64,000 bases of DNA from Eledone cirrhosa (lineage: Eukaryota). The stretch is taken from NCBI GenBank assembly GCA_964016885.1, contig OZ024741.1:194556001-194620000 (forward strand), read 5' to 3'. Below the pieces are notes generated by a model. That model ran no database searches. It saw only the letters and a list, made by a program, of their open reading frames with translations, and was not told the DNA's origin. This document shows positions 63,095 to 64,000 of the stretch, in pieces. Numbering within the stretch: the first letter of the stretch is position 1; every line of letters begins with the position of its first letter. Made by a program: the position numbers and the translations under genes.

Positions 63095-63339
63095 AACTAA
63101 TCCTTATTGATTTGTTTTTATTTACAACTAATACTACTATCGATTTTCATATTTATGTGTAGACACACATTGTAAGTATGCATATATGCATGTTCTTACA
63201 TACATATAATTATTTTATATCACTATATTTACTCTTTCAGATTTTAATTTTTTAACTGATTTTGGAATAAAAGTTTAGCGCATTCATTGAAAATAAAGGT
63301 GTTTTTTTTAATGAAACTTATTTTGTTTTGTTGTTTTTT

Positions 63340-64000
63340 GTGGAGATGGCATATCAGCATCCTCGTGAACTGCTACAAAGGCAAAGGAAATATCATTGGA
63401 AGAAATTATAGAGACATCAAGTTGATGAACCAGGATATTAAAGTTGCTGTAAAAATCATAGCACAACTGATGAGGGATAGAAATAACCTGGATTAGGTGT
63501 GGTCTTCTTTTTAGCTGCTGGAAAAGCACTTAGCTGAGAGTAAGCCTCACATTTGTTGAGCTGAGGATACCTTGCTCTGTAATCTGGTGGCCTCTTCGAA
63601 AACTAGAGGCAGGCGAATGGCTTGTGAGGGCGACACTGGCTATGTACTAAGGTGTTGTCAGCAAAGTTAAAGTTAGCATGCAGGTGAGGGTCCTCTGAGG
63701 TTCAGTCCTCAGTCCCTTCTGTTTATTATAGACCTCCAGGCCATAATGCAGGAGTTTAAGACTGGCTGCCCATGGAAACTCATATATGCTGATGTTTTGA
63801 CATAGATGCAAAACCTGGGCTCAAGAGGCCTCAGAGTGAACTTAGCAAAGGCTGAAGTCTTAATAAGTAGGAATGAAGACAAAACATTGATTTTATCATG
63901 AAAATGGCTGTGCTCAATGTGCAGAAAAGGAGTTGTTAGGAATTCCGTACTGTGTAAACTATGGGTAAACTAGAGATGTAGTAGGCTAATGAAAAATGTA
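63340..64000 (+). mobile_element. Decayed RTE LINE fragment
   Basis: NCYKGKGN..RNYRDIKL; GCPWKLIYAD. Confidence 0.75.

Overview
AT-rich, repeat-dense animal genomic DNA; the SINE, RTE and Penelope repeat families suggest an octopod cephalopod (inference). Two intron-rich genes lie head-to-head around 35.7 kb. (1) Minus strand: Sec23 (COPII coat), 16 coding exons from 33070 down to 5556 (667 aa in the window; the last ~100 aa lie beyond the left edge). (2) Plus strand: a 10-exon, 313-aa selenoprotein L (SelL/SELENOL) gene (35736-63011) that the ORF track hides because exon 5 reads RHFG-UGA-LP-UGA-RKH, the UxxU motif. Its candidate type II SECIS is in a separate terminal exon (63014-63094), beyond a 9.8-kb intron holding a truncated Gypsy element and a near-intact Penelope-like element with inverted pLTRs and hammerhead ribozyme motifs. 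Introns also hold an ITS1-5.8S-ITS2 rDNA fragment fused to a CR1 LINE 3' tail, several further hammerhead motifs, a CRE-like retroelement remnant, nested MITEs, a Helitron, tRNA-derived SINEs, RTE LINE fragments and large minisatellites, one of them amplified from a SINE A-box. Exon boundaries were read by hand from GT-AG sites and phase consistency; family names come from recalled motifs, and no database search was run.
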